Assembly (NCBI GenBank): GCA_043821645.1
Contig: JBDRCO010000087.1
Span: forward strand, 32,001-96,000
From: Pseudomonadota bacterium
GTDB taxonomy: Bacteria; Myxococcota; JACRCW01; JAFGSX01
Direction: 5' to 3'
DNA length: 64,000 nucleotides
Shown one piece after another: positions 11,601-20,741 of this stretch. Positions within the stretch are counted from its first letter, which is position 1, and each line of letters starts with the position of its first letter. Position numbers and translations under genes: made by a program. The notes beneath the pieces are model-generated. The model was given only the letters and a program-made list of their open reading frames with translations, did not search any database and was not told where the DNA came from.

Positions 11601-14600
11601 TCGAGCAGGCCAGCGTGCCCTGGCTGGTGCCGGGCTTCGTGGCACCGGGTTTCGTCTACGCCGACGCGGCACAGCGTCTGGGCGCGCCCCCCTACAGCTA
11701 CGAATGCCGGGACACGCTGCTGCCCTTCTACCCGGCCAACCCGTCCCAGCTGACCGCGCTCAAGCCACTGAACACGAGCATGTCCTCGGCCAACGTGGTG
11801 CCGGACGGCCGCACCCGCCAGCGCCGGCTCGAGCTGATCGACGGCTTCATGGTCAACGGCCGGGATCTCTATCTGCTGGTGCGCGAGACCTTCTCGGTGC
11901 CCACCAGCGGCATCACCGAGCGCAGCTTCGCCGGCTACAGCCTGATCGCGCTCCGACGCGCGCCGGCGACACTCGAGACAGCCGACGCGAACCAGAACGG
12001 CGTGGCCGACGTGTTCGACGGCGCCGACTACAGCGCCGACATCCGCCCCACGCCCACCGACGACCTGCTCTCGAGCGCCTGCAGCGCCGCCGTGATCGGC
12101 CCCATCCCGGGCATCAACCAGGTCACCAACGGCAACGCCGGCACCGTGGCCATGACCATCCTCGACGGCATCAAGCCTGGCGGCACGCTGCAGCAGGTCT
12201 ACCCGCGCGGGGCCTATACCGGGCCGTGGGAGCCGCACTACTGGTGCGAGGACACGGGGCTGCTCGACGGTGGCATCGCCGACAAGGGACTCAATGGCAC
12301 GCCCATCTCGCCCAACACGGACACCTGCAGCGAGACGCAGGACAGCCGCGGGCGCACGGTCAAGCCCAACAACGGATGGTGCGAGGACGGGGGGCCGGGT
12401 TCGGTGAGCGATGGCTGCGCCCTGGCCACCGATGCCACGGACTGCGGGCTTCGCTACTTCGGCGACTTCCGCGAGCCCTGCCCTGGCGGTAGCCGTGTCG
12501 TGTACTTCTTGCTCAACAAGGACACGGCGGGCGACCAGAACTGGGTCGCCAACACCCCCTGCCAGATCGACGAGAGCATGTCCTGCTGGGACGTGTTGCT
12601 GCACTGGGTCGCCACCGGGTCCGCGGTCCTGGACCCGCCCTGGACCTGCGCCGACCCCGACCAGGTGCTGTGCAGCGGAAACCGCGTGGACCTGCGCTCG
12701 CAGAAGAAGTTCTATCTGGCCTCGGGCAGCCCGGCCGCGGTGTTCGAGCCCCTGGACTCCGTCATCGAAAGCGGCTTCCGCTACAAGACGCGCTTCCAGT
12801 CGCGTGGCGGACAGAGCCTGGGCTTCGCGCCTGACCTCTGCGATACAGCCTCCGACAGCATCCCCTACTGCTACGACCCGGCCAGCATCGAGACGGTGCA
12901 GCAGCGGGTGGACTGCCTGGTGGACATCTACAAGAACCGCTACGACAACCTGACCGTCGACCAGCAGGGCAAGCTCAAGGCTTTTCTCACCCGCGATCTG
13001 GCCTACGACACGACCAGCGGCCGCGACGGCTTCGAGCGCCTCAACGCCGAGCTGCTGATCATGCTGGGCGACGAGATGTACACCCGCGCTTTCTCGTCGC
13101 GCTTCGACCTGGCGCAGACGCGCATGCGCAGCTTCGAGGGCTCGGCCTTCGAGGCCGGCGGCATCAACCTGTCGGGGGGCGCTGGCGACGAGATGTACAG
13201 CCTGTACCTGGCGGTGCAGTACGATCAGATGGTGCTCGACCGCTTCAACCGCCTGGGCCCAGCGCTGTGGGCCAGCCTGGACGGGTCCGCGGACCGGCGC
13301 TTCGTGACCCAGGAGACCGTGTCCAGCTACCTGGTCAAGGTGGCCAGGGCCTCGACGCAGAAGTCCAAGGCCATGAGCGAGATCGCCGCCCGCTACCAGG
13401 GCTTCAACCGCTCGGACCTGGCGCGGCGCGTGGTCGAGCGCGCCTACACGGCCACCTACCTCGAGTCCATCCTGATCGGGCGCATGATGGACGCGCTCAT
13501 GGACACCCTGGCCCCGGACGACAAGCCGCAGGTGGCCCTGCTCAAGGAGGAGATCGCCCGCAGCTACCGCGTGGCCATGAGCGACATGCGCAACGTCTAC
13601 CTGCAGATCACCGACGAGATCACGTACTTCGGCTTCGCCCCTGACTACGTCCCGTTCCCGGCGCTGGACAACGTGTTCTTGACCAACAACGCCTTCGAGG
13701 TGCTGTACGACGCGGCGGCCGAGAAGGTCGATCTTGCCGCCGAGCGCGAGGCCACGGCGCTTGCCGACAACCGGGACTTCGAGACCGACAGCCAGGCTTT
13801 CCAGCGCGAGCTGGTGACCCTGCGCACCAGCTACAACTCACAGCTCGGCGACCTTTGCGGCACTTTTGTTGGCGACGACGGAGGCGTCTACGCCGCCACC
13901 AGCGACAACGCCTCCCACAACGAGGCTGCCGCCAGGTACGGCGATCCCTGCGGTCTGATCGGCAACGGCGCGCTGTTCCAGGCCATGGGAGATGTCGACC
14001 TCAAGGGGCTGGACCTGCAGGCGGTGATAGGCACGCAGGAGAAGATCACCGAGCAGATCAAGATAGAGATGCAGCGGGTGGCCGATTACTGCGACGAGGT
14101 GCGCGAGACCGTCGACTTCGAGTACCAGCAGGCGGGCGCCAAGATCGCCCTCAACACCCTCATCGGCATCACCCAGGGCACCATCGAGGAGGCGCGCAAC
14201 GTCTACGAGATGACCCGCGACTTCGGAGACGCCACCAAGTGCAACGTCGGCACCGCCACAGACTGCTGGCAGGTGCCGGTGGCCGTGGCCTCGCTGACCG
14301 TGGCCGGCGGGGTGCTGCTGACGGCCGAGATCATCGGCAAGGCCGCCATCCTGGCGATGCAGGAGGGCATCGAGGGCATCGACCGCACCACGGCCAGGTT
14401 CGTGGGCATGCAGCAGTGCGACTACGCCCAGGTTGACAGCCAGGCCACGGTCATGAACCTGGTGCTCGACCTGCTGGGCACCGACGTCGACCGCGTGCGC
14501 GCCGAGTACGAGATCAAGCTGGCCCTGAGCGAGGTGCAGAGGCTGCGCAACCAGGCCACGGCCCTGCAGGCCGAGATGAAGGAGCAGGAGCAGCTGTTGA

Positions 14601-15421
14601 TCAACGTCGAGGCCGCGCGCAACGACCCCAACGTGCGCATCTACCGCAACGACGCCATCCTCAATGCCGACGTCGCGTTCAAGGATGCGCTGGCCGCGGT
14701 CTACAAGGCCACCAAGATCTACGAGTATTACACCAGCCAGAGCTACGGCGACCTCGACAAGCTGTTCCTGGTGCGGATGGTGGCAGCGGGCGACTACAAC
14801 CTGCAGAACTACCTGATCCAGCTCGGCAACGCCTTCTCGGACTTCCTCGAGCAGTACGGCAACCCCGACACCCGGGTCGAGATCTACTCGCTGCGCGACG
14901 ACATCCTGGGCATCCCACGCACCGGCGAGGACCTGCGGCCGCTCACCGAAGCCCAGCGCATCGCCCTGTTCCGCGCCAAGCTACAGGACGGTTCGCTGCT
15001 GGATCCCCAGGGCTACCTGGTGGCGCCCTTCGCGACCAGCTTCCGCAAGCTGTCGCCGCTGACCCGCAATCACAAGGTGCTGTCGACCGAGGTCGAGCTG
15101 GACGGCGAGGGCGTGGGGGACGAGGTGGCCCGCGTCTACGTTCGGCAGCAGGGCACCAGCACCGTGCGCACGGTCGCGGACGACAAGCTGTACTTCCAGT
15201 TCCCGCCGCGCACCGCCGTCATCAACACCTTCATGAACGGCGAGCGCATCTTCGGCGATCCGCTGTACACGAGCTATCGCCTGCGCGACCGGCCCTTCGT
15301 CAACTCGGCCTGGGCCCTGGTGTTCAACCAGCAGGACGAGGTGAATAACCTCGACGTCGACCTCAATGACATCGACGACATCCGGCTGCTGGTCTACTAC
15401 ACCGACTTCACGGCGTACTGA
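8696..15421 (+). CDS. Giant lipoprotein (~2240 aa): Cys-rich repeats, central domains, coiled-coil hairpin and TcA-like C-terminal domain
   Basis: GGAGA RBS before ATG 8696; signal LILALLALATLLPGAC; about ten or more CxxGxxGCxC repeats; long helical region with hydrophobic segment WQVPVAVASLTVAGGVLLTAEIIGKAAILAM; C-terminus RPFVNSAWALVF...LDVDLNDIDDIRLLVYYT. The CDS is secure; the Tc-toxin similarity is inference. Confidence 0.85.
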   Translation: MMRHTLILALLALATLLPGACDCGGPPAEDAGPGKDATVAVDASGADSAEVDAGGADAVTPDATTVDAAGCTAGHESCRCLPGAACASSELYCGDGVCRRPACRVGELGCACDVDFTCGQSDDDSWLLCEAGLCRRPSCPAGSVGCACTSSHGCDPGLSCVADAQGERCQIDDCPVGDLGCACYRERTCNPDPSGVALACDANQCVRSACAPGSEGCLCRADYSCGSGMICRDGARCEVLRCTPGSASCECLPGGYCNSPTLVCEASSSQCVEQACDPGTDGCSCLSDGTCGLSSAGTALVCAGDRCVAPSCTPGSLGCACTAQGSCASASAICTAGWCMATSCTAGGTNCTCGGSGTCDVGLACLNGDICVDDTGYVGGVCLPNGSCRAGGRCVSGLCVPCLGGSLGCSCESGWCQTGLACLAGACVSQQSLARSRPANPRCYTPCKADLLRSDNTLARCSSQGLLDGCIGDNVCTEGSCVPRTVSPFWNTGSTAVPFCASELDCPDFQTCIEGHCYSDCERDGDCAPGLACSRKVCRSPCLAGGDECPDGMYCEVGSGGNAGFCSALGTTLDTETSVEGGSFTLSSPALSFSPVLVDGAFRVFNRSHNMREFHVQKKFHGLYDASGAVLARVDEFRTTCDWSNPDPDICPLSWLELSVDNGATTTDGDLAFELAGNCPDLPACGDNDVCPAGMSCGQGLCFCDDASCGDAWSCTATVHVGAIADRPGTAARVSGVLEINGQGLGAQRVSLSYRESQAGQWKGTMYSFANFGDQNMDLWLQSDRSDDTKLEGVENAFLKRWVNFRRGINGLVTLDEFEAMLNATLTESWRWPSVKQACQQQYATENCYLTQQGPVVYSNDNIRNPVPSGVVDMPFAVNLRPDPDNNHALTGKVESRLTLQYAGGPGLTLEFADAPGTCSANSRPESCTSVVLAMRSPSQSGNQGVDIRVGGRYLTGESDATCSRRTNFEQASVPWLVPGFVAPGFVYADAAQRLGAPPYSYECRDTLLPFYPANPSQLTALKPLNTSMSSANVVPDGRTRQRRLELIDGFMVNGRDLYLLVRETFSVPTSGITERSFAGYSLIALRRAPATLETADANQNGVADVFDGADYSADIRPTPTDDLLSSACSAAVIGPIPGINQVTNGNAGTVAMTILDGIKPGGTLQQVYPRGAYTGPWEPHYWCEDTGLLDGGIADKGLNGTPISPNTDTCSETQDSRGRTVKPNNGWCEDGGPGSVSDGCALATDATDCGLRYFGDFREPCPGGSRVVYFLLNKDTAGDQNWVANTPCQIDESMSCWDVLLHWVATGSAVLDPPWTCADPDQVLCSGNRVDLRSQKKFYLASGSPAAVFEPLDSVIESGFRYKTRFQSRGGQSLGFAPDLCDTASDSIPYCYDPASIETVQQRVDCLVDIYKNRYDNLTVDQQGKLKAFLTRDLAYDTTSGRDGFERLNAELLIMLGDEMYTRAFSSRFDLAQTRMRSFEGSAFEAGGINLSGGAGDEMYSLYLAVQYDQMVLDRFNRLGPALWASLDGSADRRFVTQETVSSYLVKVARASTQKSKAMSEIAARYQGFNRSDLARRVVERAYTATYLESILIGRMMDALMDTLAPDDKPQVALLKEEIARSYRVAMSDMRNVYLQITDEITYFGFAPDYVPFPALDNVFLTNNAFEVLYDAAAEKVDLAAEREATALADNRDFETDSQAFQRELVTLRTSYNSQLGDLCGTFVGDDGGVYAATSDNASHNEAAARYGDPCGLIGNGALFQAMGDVDLKGLDLQAVIGTQEKITEQIKIEMQRVADYCDEVRETVDFEYQQAGAKIALNTLIGITQGTIEEARNVYEMTRDFGDATKCNVGTATDCWQVPVAVASLTVAGGVLLTAEIIGKAAILAMQEGIEGIDRTTARFVGMQQCDYAQVDSQATVMNLVLDLLGTDVDRVRAEYEIKLALSEVQRLRNQATALQAEMKEQEQLLINVEAARNDPNVRIYRNDAILNADVAFKDALAAVYKATKIYEYYTSQSYGDLDKLFLVRMVAAGDYNLQNYLIQLGNAFSDFLEQYGNPDTRVEIYSLRDDILGIPRTGEDLRPLTEAQRIALFRAKLQDGSLLDPQGYLVAPFATSFRKLSPLTRNHKVLSTEVELDGEGVGDEVARVYVRQQGTSTVRTVADDKLYFQFPPRTAVINTFMNGERIFGDPLYTSYRLRDRPFVNSAWALVFNQQDEVNNLDVDLNDIDDIRLLVYYTDFTAY

Positions 15422-15423
15422 TC

Positions 15424-15442
15424 GGCTTCGCGCTTTGAAGCC
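15424..15442 (+). terminator. Short hairpin right after the operon stop (possible terminator or 3' stabiliser)
   Basis: GGCTTC-gcgcttt-GAAGCC inverted repeat; no U-tract. Confidence 0.3.
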
Positions 15443-15734
15443 CGGCTGATCGAAGCTCGCGCGGACCGTTGGCCTGCCCCGGATGCGTGCTCCTCCGGCC
15501 AGGGGTTCACGCGCGGGCCGCGCGTGGTGATCCCGGGCCGTGAAACGCGGTGCTGGTGGCGCTGGGCAGACCCCTGAAACGCACGAGCAGAGCCCTGCAG
15601 GGCCACATGCAGACCCTGGAAGAGTCACAGGAAGACCCTGGCTTGTGCCCTGGCAACCTTCCGCACCGAGTTCTCAGGCAGGCCAAACGCGCTTCATCGA
15701 CGTGGAGCGGGAAGGTGCAGGCCGGCGTGCTCGC

Positions 15735-18083
15735 TCAGCTGTGCTCGCAGTATGCACCGCGGCACGAGGCGCCGGTGGGACAGTCCACCAGGACGCAGCG
15801 ATCCGCGTTGCCGGGGACGCCATCGTCGCAGTCGCTGTCGGCCCGGCACGCGTTGACGTCGGGCACGCAGATGCCGCCGCTCACGCAGTCCACGTCGCCG
15901 GTGGCACCCGTGGGATCGCTGGTGCAGATCGCGATCTCGCAGTGCTCGCCGGTGACGCAGTCGGCGTCGCCCGCGCAGTTGAGGCTGTTGCTGGGCGGGG
16001 TGCAGAAGCCTCCCACCACGCAGGGCGGACAGGAGCCGCTGAGGCTGTCGCAGGCCGGGCACACGCCGCCGGTGATCTCGCAGGCCCAGCCCGCCGGACA
16101 GTCGGCGGCGCCGCTGCAGGTCCCCGTCGGCGGTGGCACGCACACGCCGCTGGCCACGCAGGGCATGGCCGGGCAGGGCGCGCCGGTCTCGCATACCGGA
16201 CACGAGGCCTCGAACTGGCAGATCAAGCCGGAGGGGCACTCCGCGTCGACGGTGCAGAATCCCGTGGGCACGCACACGGCGCCGCCGTAGCAGTCACCGG
16301 GTTGCGTGGTGCCGCCCTCGCGCACGGCGCAGCCCGCCACCTGGCAGGTGAAGCCCGCCGGGCAGGTCAGGGTGTCATCGCACTCGCCCGTCGACGGAGG
16401 CACGCAGAAGCCACCGACGGAACAGGGCTCGCAGGCCGCACCGGTCGGGCAGGGCGGGCACACCCCGCCGTAGTACTGGCAGGACCAGCCGCTCGGGCAC
16501 TCGCTGTCCGCCTGGCACTCGCCGGTGCTCGGCGTGACGCACACGCCCGCGGACACGCAGGGCATGCCCGTGCTGTCGCCGGCACAGGTCTCGCCGGCCG
16601 GACATTCACGACACACCGGGTTCATGTCGCAGACCATGCCTCGTGGACAGTCCACGTCGGCGCTGCACATGCCCGAGGGCACGCACATCGACCCGCCGTA
16701 GCAATCGCCCGAGACCACGGTGCCGTCGCTGGAGGCGGCGCAGTCGTAGACCTGCTCGCAGGCAAAGCCCGGCGGGCAGGGATGGGTGCCGTCGCATTCG
16801 CCCGTCGTCGGCGGCTGGCAAAAGCCTCCCGCCACGCAGGCATCGCAGGAAGTCGAGCCCGCGTCGCAGGGCGGGCACACGCCGCCGTAATAGGTACAGC
16901 TCCAGCCCGAGGGGCAGTCGCCATCCCCTGTGCACTCGCCCGCTCCGGGGGTGGTGCACACGCCACGGGTCATGCAGGGCATGTCAGGGCAGGTCTCGCC
17001 GCTGGGACACACCGGACAGCTCGCCTCGAGCTGGCACACCATGCCGCGCGGGCAGTCCAGGTCGACGCTGCACTGCGTGTTCGCCGGTGGCTCGCAGAAG
17101 CCACCTGCCACGCAGGGCGGGCACGGGCTGCCAGGTGCGCAGTCCGGGCAGCCGCCGTAGAACGAGCAGGTCCAGCCCATGGGGCATTGGCTGGCGTCGC
17201 TGCACTCGCCGCCCATTGGAGGCACGCACAGACCACCGCTGGTGCAGGTGGTGTCGCAGTCCTCGCCCTCGCGGCAACCCGGGCACGCTCCGGTCATCTG
17301 GCACACGAAGCCGGGCGGGCAGTCGATGTCGGCCGCGCACTCGCTACCCGACGGCGGGGCGCAATAGCCGGCCATGATGCAGGGCGGGCAGGCCTCGCCG
17401 GGCATGCAGTCCGGGCAGGCTCCCGTCCACAGACAGGAGAAGCCCGGGGGACAGTCCGAGGCACCCAGACACTCGCCGCCGATGGGAACGCACATGCTGC
17501 CGCCGTAACAGGGCGTGGGCGGGCAGTCGGCGCCGGCGCAATCCACGGCGGGCGTGTCGCAGCCTCGCGTGGACTGGCAGGCATAGCCCTCGGGGCAGTC
17601 GATGTCGGCGCTGCATTCGCCTGTGGCCGGGGGTACGCACACGCCTCCGCCTATGCAGTAGTCGCCGGTATCGCGCTCGGCCCCGCAGTACGCGATCTCG
17701 CAGGTGAAGCCAGCCGGACACTCGCCGTCGCTCTGGCAGCCCGTGCTCGCCGGCACGCACACCCCGCCCGCGGCACAGCGCTCGTCTCCGCTCGAGGTGG
17801 CCTCGCAATAGAAGACCTCACAGGTGAAGCCCGCGCCGCAGTCGGCATCGGCCTGGCAACCCGTTCCCTGCACCTCGCACACGCCGCCCGAGACGCAGAA
17901 GTCGGCGCCGTCCTCGACGCCGCAGTAGGCCAGGTTGCAGCGCAGCCCCGCGCCGCAGTCCGCATCGACACTGCAGGCCACGCTGTGATGGGTGACGTTG
18001 GGCTTGGTGCCCGGCTCTTCCGGCGGCGGACAGGCCGTCAGGTACAGTGCCCCCAGACTCACAACTGCGATGAGCCACTTCAT
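15735..18083 (-). CDS. Lipoprotein made almost entirely of ~17 tandem Cys-rich repeats (CxxDxDCPxGxxC...GGxC)
   Basis: AGGAGG RBS; MKWLIAVVSLGALYLTAC lipobox; ~40-50 aa repeat units throughout. Confidence 0.9.
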   Translation of the reverse strand: MKWLIAVVSLGALYLTACPPPEEPGTKPNVTHHSVACSVDADCGAGLRCNLAYCGVEDGADFCVSGGVCEVQGTGCQADADCGAGFTCEVFYCEATSSGDERCAAGGVCVPASTGCQSDGECPAGFTCEIAYCGAERDTGDYCIGGGVCVPPATGECSADIDCPEGYACQSTRGCDTPAVDCAGADCPPTPCYGGSMCVPIGGECLGASDCPPGFSCLWTGACPDCMPGEACPPCIMAGYCAPPSGSECAADIDCPPGFVCQMTGACPGCREGEDCDTTCTSGGLCVPPMGGECSDASQCPMGWTCSFYGGCPDCAPGSPCPPCVAGGFCEPPANTQCSVDLDCPRGMVCQLEASCPVCPSGETCPDMPCMTRGVCTTPGAGECTGDGDCPSGWSCTYYGGVCPPCDAGSTSCDACVAGGFCQPPTTGECDGTHPCPPGFACEQVYDCAASSDGTVVSGDCYGGSMCVPSGMCSADVDCPRGMVCDMNPVCRECPAGETCAGDSTGMPCVSAGVCVTPSTGECQADSECPSGWSCQYYGGVCPPCPTGAACEPCSVGGFCVPPSTGECDDTLTCPAGFTCQVAGCAVREGGTTQPGDCYGGAVCVPTGFCTVDAECPSGLICQFEASCPVCETGAPCPAMPCVASGVCVPPPTGTCSGAADCPAGWACEITGGVCPACDSLSGSCPPCVVGGFCTPPSNSLNCAGDADCVTGEHCEIAICTSDPTGATGDVDCVSGGICVPDVNACRADSDCDDGVPGNADRCVLVDCPTGASCRGAYCEHS

Positions 18084-18190
18084 GATAATGCCCTCCTGGA
18101 GTTCCCTCCGCAGCGCATGCTAGCACAGGCGCCGGCACTTCTCATCTGCACCCGTGTCGCTATACTCCGCTCGCCACGCCGGAGGTTCTC

Positions 18191-19840
18191 ATGTCCACGC
18201 TCACGGCTTCGCCCGCCTGGAAAGATCTGACCTCCCACCGTCGAGAGATGGCCACCACGAGCCTGCGCGAGCTGCTCGCCGGGGACCCAGGACGCTTCGA
18301 GACCTTCTCGCGCCAGCTCGACGACATGCTGTTCGACTTCAGCAAGCACCGCGTCACGGCGAGGACCCTGGACCTGCTGTGCGCCCTCGCGGACCAGGTC
18401 GAGCTCAAGACCGCCATCGACCGCATGTTCAGCGGTGCCAGGATCAACAGCACCGAGGGGCGAGCGGTGCTCCACGTGGCCCTGCGCAACCGCAGCAACG
18501 GCCCCATCCTGGTCGACGGCCGCGACGTCATGCCCGACATCAACGCGGTGCTGCGCAAGATGCGGCGCCTGGTCGAGAAGGTGCAGTCCGGTGCCTGGAA
18601 GGGCCACACGGGTCAGGCCATCACCGACGTGGTCAACATCGGCATTGGCGGCAGTGACCTGGGGCCCGTCATGGTGTGCGAGGCGCTGCGGCCCTACTGG
18701 CACCCGCGCATCCGTGCACACTTCGTGAGCAACATCGACGGCACGCACCTGGCGGAAACCCTGAAGCAGGTGTCCCCCGACACCACCCTGTTCACGGTGG
18801 CCAGCAAGACCTTCACCACCCAGGAGACCCTGACCAATGCGCGCTCGGCACGCGCCTGGCTGGTCGACCGGCTCGGCGACGAGAAGGCGGTGGCCCGGCA
18901 CTTCGTGGCCATGTCCACCAACCATCACGCCGTCGGCGAGTTCGGCATCGACGTCGACAACATGTTCGCGTTCTGGGACTGGGTGGGCGGCCGCTACTCG
19001 CTGTGGTCGGCCATCGGCCTGCCCATCGCCCTCACCCTGGGCATGGACCGCTTCGAGGAGCTGCTGCGCGGCGCCCACGACGTGGATCTGCATTTTCGTG
19101 AGAAACCCTGGCGCGAGAACATTCCTGTGCTCATGGCGCTGCTGGGTATCTGGTACCACAACTTCTGGGACGCGCACTCCCACGCCATCCTGCCCTACGA
19201 CCAGTACCTGCACCGCTTCGCCGCCTACTTTCAGCAGGGCGACATGGAATCCAATGGCAAGAGCGTGACCCGCGACGGCGAGTGCATCGCTGACTACAAC
19301 ACGGGTCCCGTGATCTGGGGCGAGCCCGGCACCAACGGGCAGCACGCCTTCTACCAGCTCATCCACCAGGGCACGCGACTGGTCCCCTGCGACTTCTTGG
19401 CCCCGGCCGTCAGTCACAACCCCCTGGGCGATCACCACGCCAAGCTGCTGAGCAACTTCTTCGCCCAGACCGAGGCTCTGGCCCGGGGCAAGACGTCGGA
19501 GGAGGCGCGGGCCGAGCTCGAGAAGTCAGGGCTGCACGGCGAGGCCCTGAACGCCCTACTGCCACACAAGGTGTTCGAGGGCAACAGACCCACGACGTCC
19601 ATCCTGTTCAAGAAGCTCGATCCGCGGACCCTGGGCCGGCTCATCGCCTGCTACGAGCACAAGATCTTCGTGCAGGGCGTGATCTGGAACATCAACAGCT
19701 TCGACCAGTGGGGGGTGGAGCTGGGCAAGCAGCTCGCCAGCAAGATCCTGCCCGAGCTCGACGGCGACGACCCGATCGCCGGGCATGACAGCTCAACCCG
19801 CGGGCTCATCAATTACTACAAGACGCTGCGCGCGAGATAG
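18191..19840 (+). CDS. pgi: Glucose-6-phosphate isomerase
   Basis: Motifs [69 protein letters not shown]. Confidence 0.99.
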   Translation: MSTLTASPAWKDLTSHRREMATTSLRELLAGDPGRFETFSRQLDDMLFDFSKHRVTARTLDLLCALADQVELKTAIDRMFSGARINSTEGRAVLHVALRNRSNGPILVDGRDVMPDINAVLRKMRRLVEKVQSGAWKGHTGQAITDVVNIGIGGSDLGPVMVCEALRPYWHPRIRAHFVSNIDGTHLAETLKQVSPDTTLFTVASKTFTTQETLTNARSARAWLVDRLGDEKAVARHFVAMSTNHHAVGEFGIDVDNMFAFWDWVGGRYSLWSAIGLPIALTLGMDRFEELLRGAHDVDLHFREKPWRENIPVLMALLGIWYHNFWDAHSHAILPYDQYLHRFAAYFQQGDMESNGKSVTRDGECIADYNTGPVIWGEPGTNGQHAFYQLIHQGTRLVPCDFLAPAVSHNPLGDHHAKLLSNFFAQTEALARGKTSEEARAELEKSGLHGEALNALLPHKVFEGNRPTTSILFKKLDPRTLGRLIACYEHKIFVQGVIWNINSFDQWGVELGKQLASKILPELDGDDPIAGHDSSTRGLINYYKTLRAR

Positions 19841-19878
19841 AGCACCGTCGAGGGCAGTGCGCGCACCGAAGCGCGTGT

Positions 19879-20712
19879 TCAGAAAGGCCGGGTCGTGCTC
19901 AGCGTCCCGTCGTCCTTGGCGGCCCGCACCTCGGTGCAGGTGGCGTCGTCGGGCAGGCGCACCTGCTCGAACCACGAGCGCTTGGGGTCCGGGTGCTGCT
20001 TGGCCTGGTCGCTGGGGATGTCGCCGGTGTGCACGGCCAGGGCCACGGTGCTCTCGAGCACGGACCACGACGAGCGCTGGTTCATCAGCCCGAGCACCCG
20101 GTCCGGCCCGGTGGTCACACCGCGGTACCCCGACACCTTGCGGTTGACGAAGTAGTCCTCGCCTTCGAGGATACCGTGGATGCGCGAGGTGCAGCCCAAG
20201 TGTCCGTCGCCGTCGGCGTCGTAGATCCAGTCCTTCTGCGGCGACTCCTTGTAGTTGTCCGGCGTCGGGATGGGGGTGTTCAGAGGGTCTGGCATGTTGC
20301 GCAGGGCCCACATCTGCAGGCCGTCGCGCACCGTGAACTGGCCGGTGGCGTGTTCGACCTCGGCCAGGGTCTCGCTGAAGACCACGCTGTCGCGCGCGGC
20401 ATCCAGGGTCTCGGTGACCAGGCCCGCGGCCTCGTGGTTGATGTCGATGCAAAAGGTCCACTGCTCGCGATACCGGCTCTGTTCGGCATCCCAGTCGCGC
20501 CGCACGAGCAGGTACTGATCCCCGCCGCTCTCGACCTCCTGCGACAGGATGGGCACGTAGGTCACGTAGATGTAGCGCTGGCGGTGAGCGAATCTCCCGG
20601 CCAGAACCCCCTCGTCCGTGGCCACTCCCGGGACGCCGATGTCGTCGTCATAGTAGGGGGCAGGACAGGCGGCGCCGAGAACAAGGACGAGCAAGGCGAG
20701 CATCTCGCGCAC
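19879..20712 (-). CDS. Hypothetical lipoprotein
   Basis: AGGAGG RBS before GTG 20712; LLVLVLGAAC lipobox; DADGDG Ca-binding-like motif. The longer 5' extension in the ORF track overlaps the NUDIX gene. Confidence 0.75.
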   Translation of the reverse strand: MREMLALLVLVLGAACPAPYYDDDIGVPGVATDEGVLAGRFAHRQRYIYVTYVPILSQEVESGGDQYLLVRRDWDAEQSRYREQWTFCIDINHEAAGLVTETLDAARDSVVFSETLAEVEHATGQFTVRDGLQMWALRNMPDPLNTPIPTPDNYKESPQKDWIYDADGDGHLGCTSRIHGILEGEDYFVNRKVSGYRGVTTGPDRVLGLMNQRSSWSVLESTVALAVHTGDIPSDQAKQHPDPKRSWFEQVRLPDDATCTEVRAAKDDGTLSTTRPF

Positions 20713-20741
20713 GCGGACCTCCTGGGCGAGACAGCAGTGTA

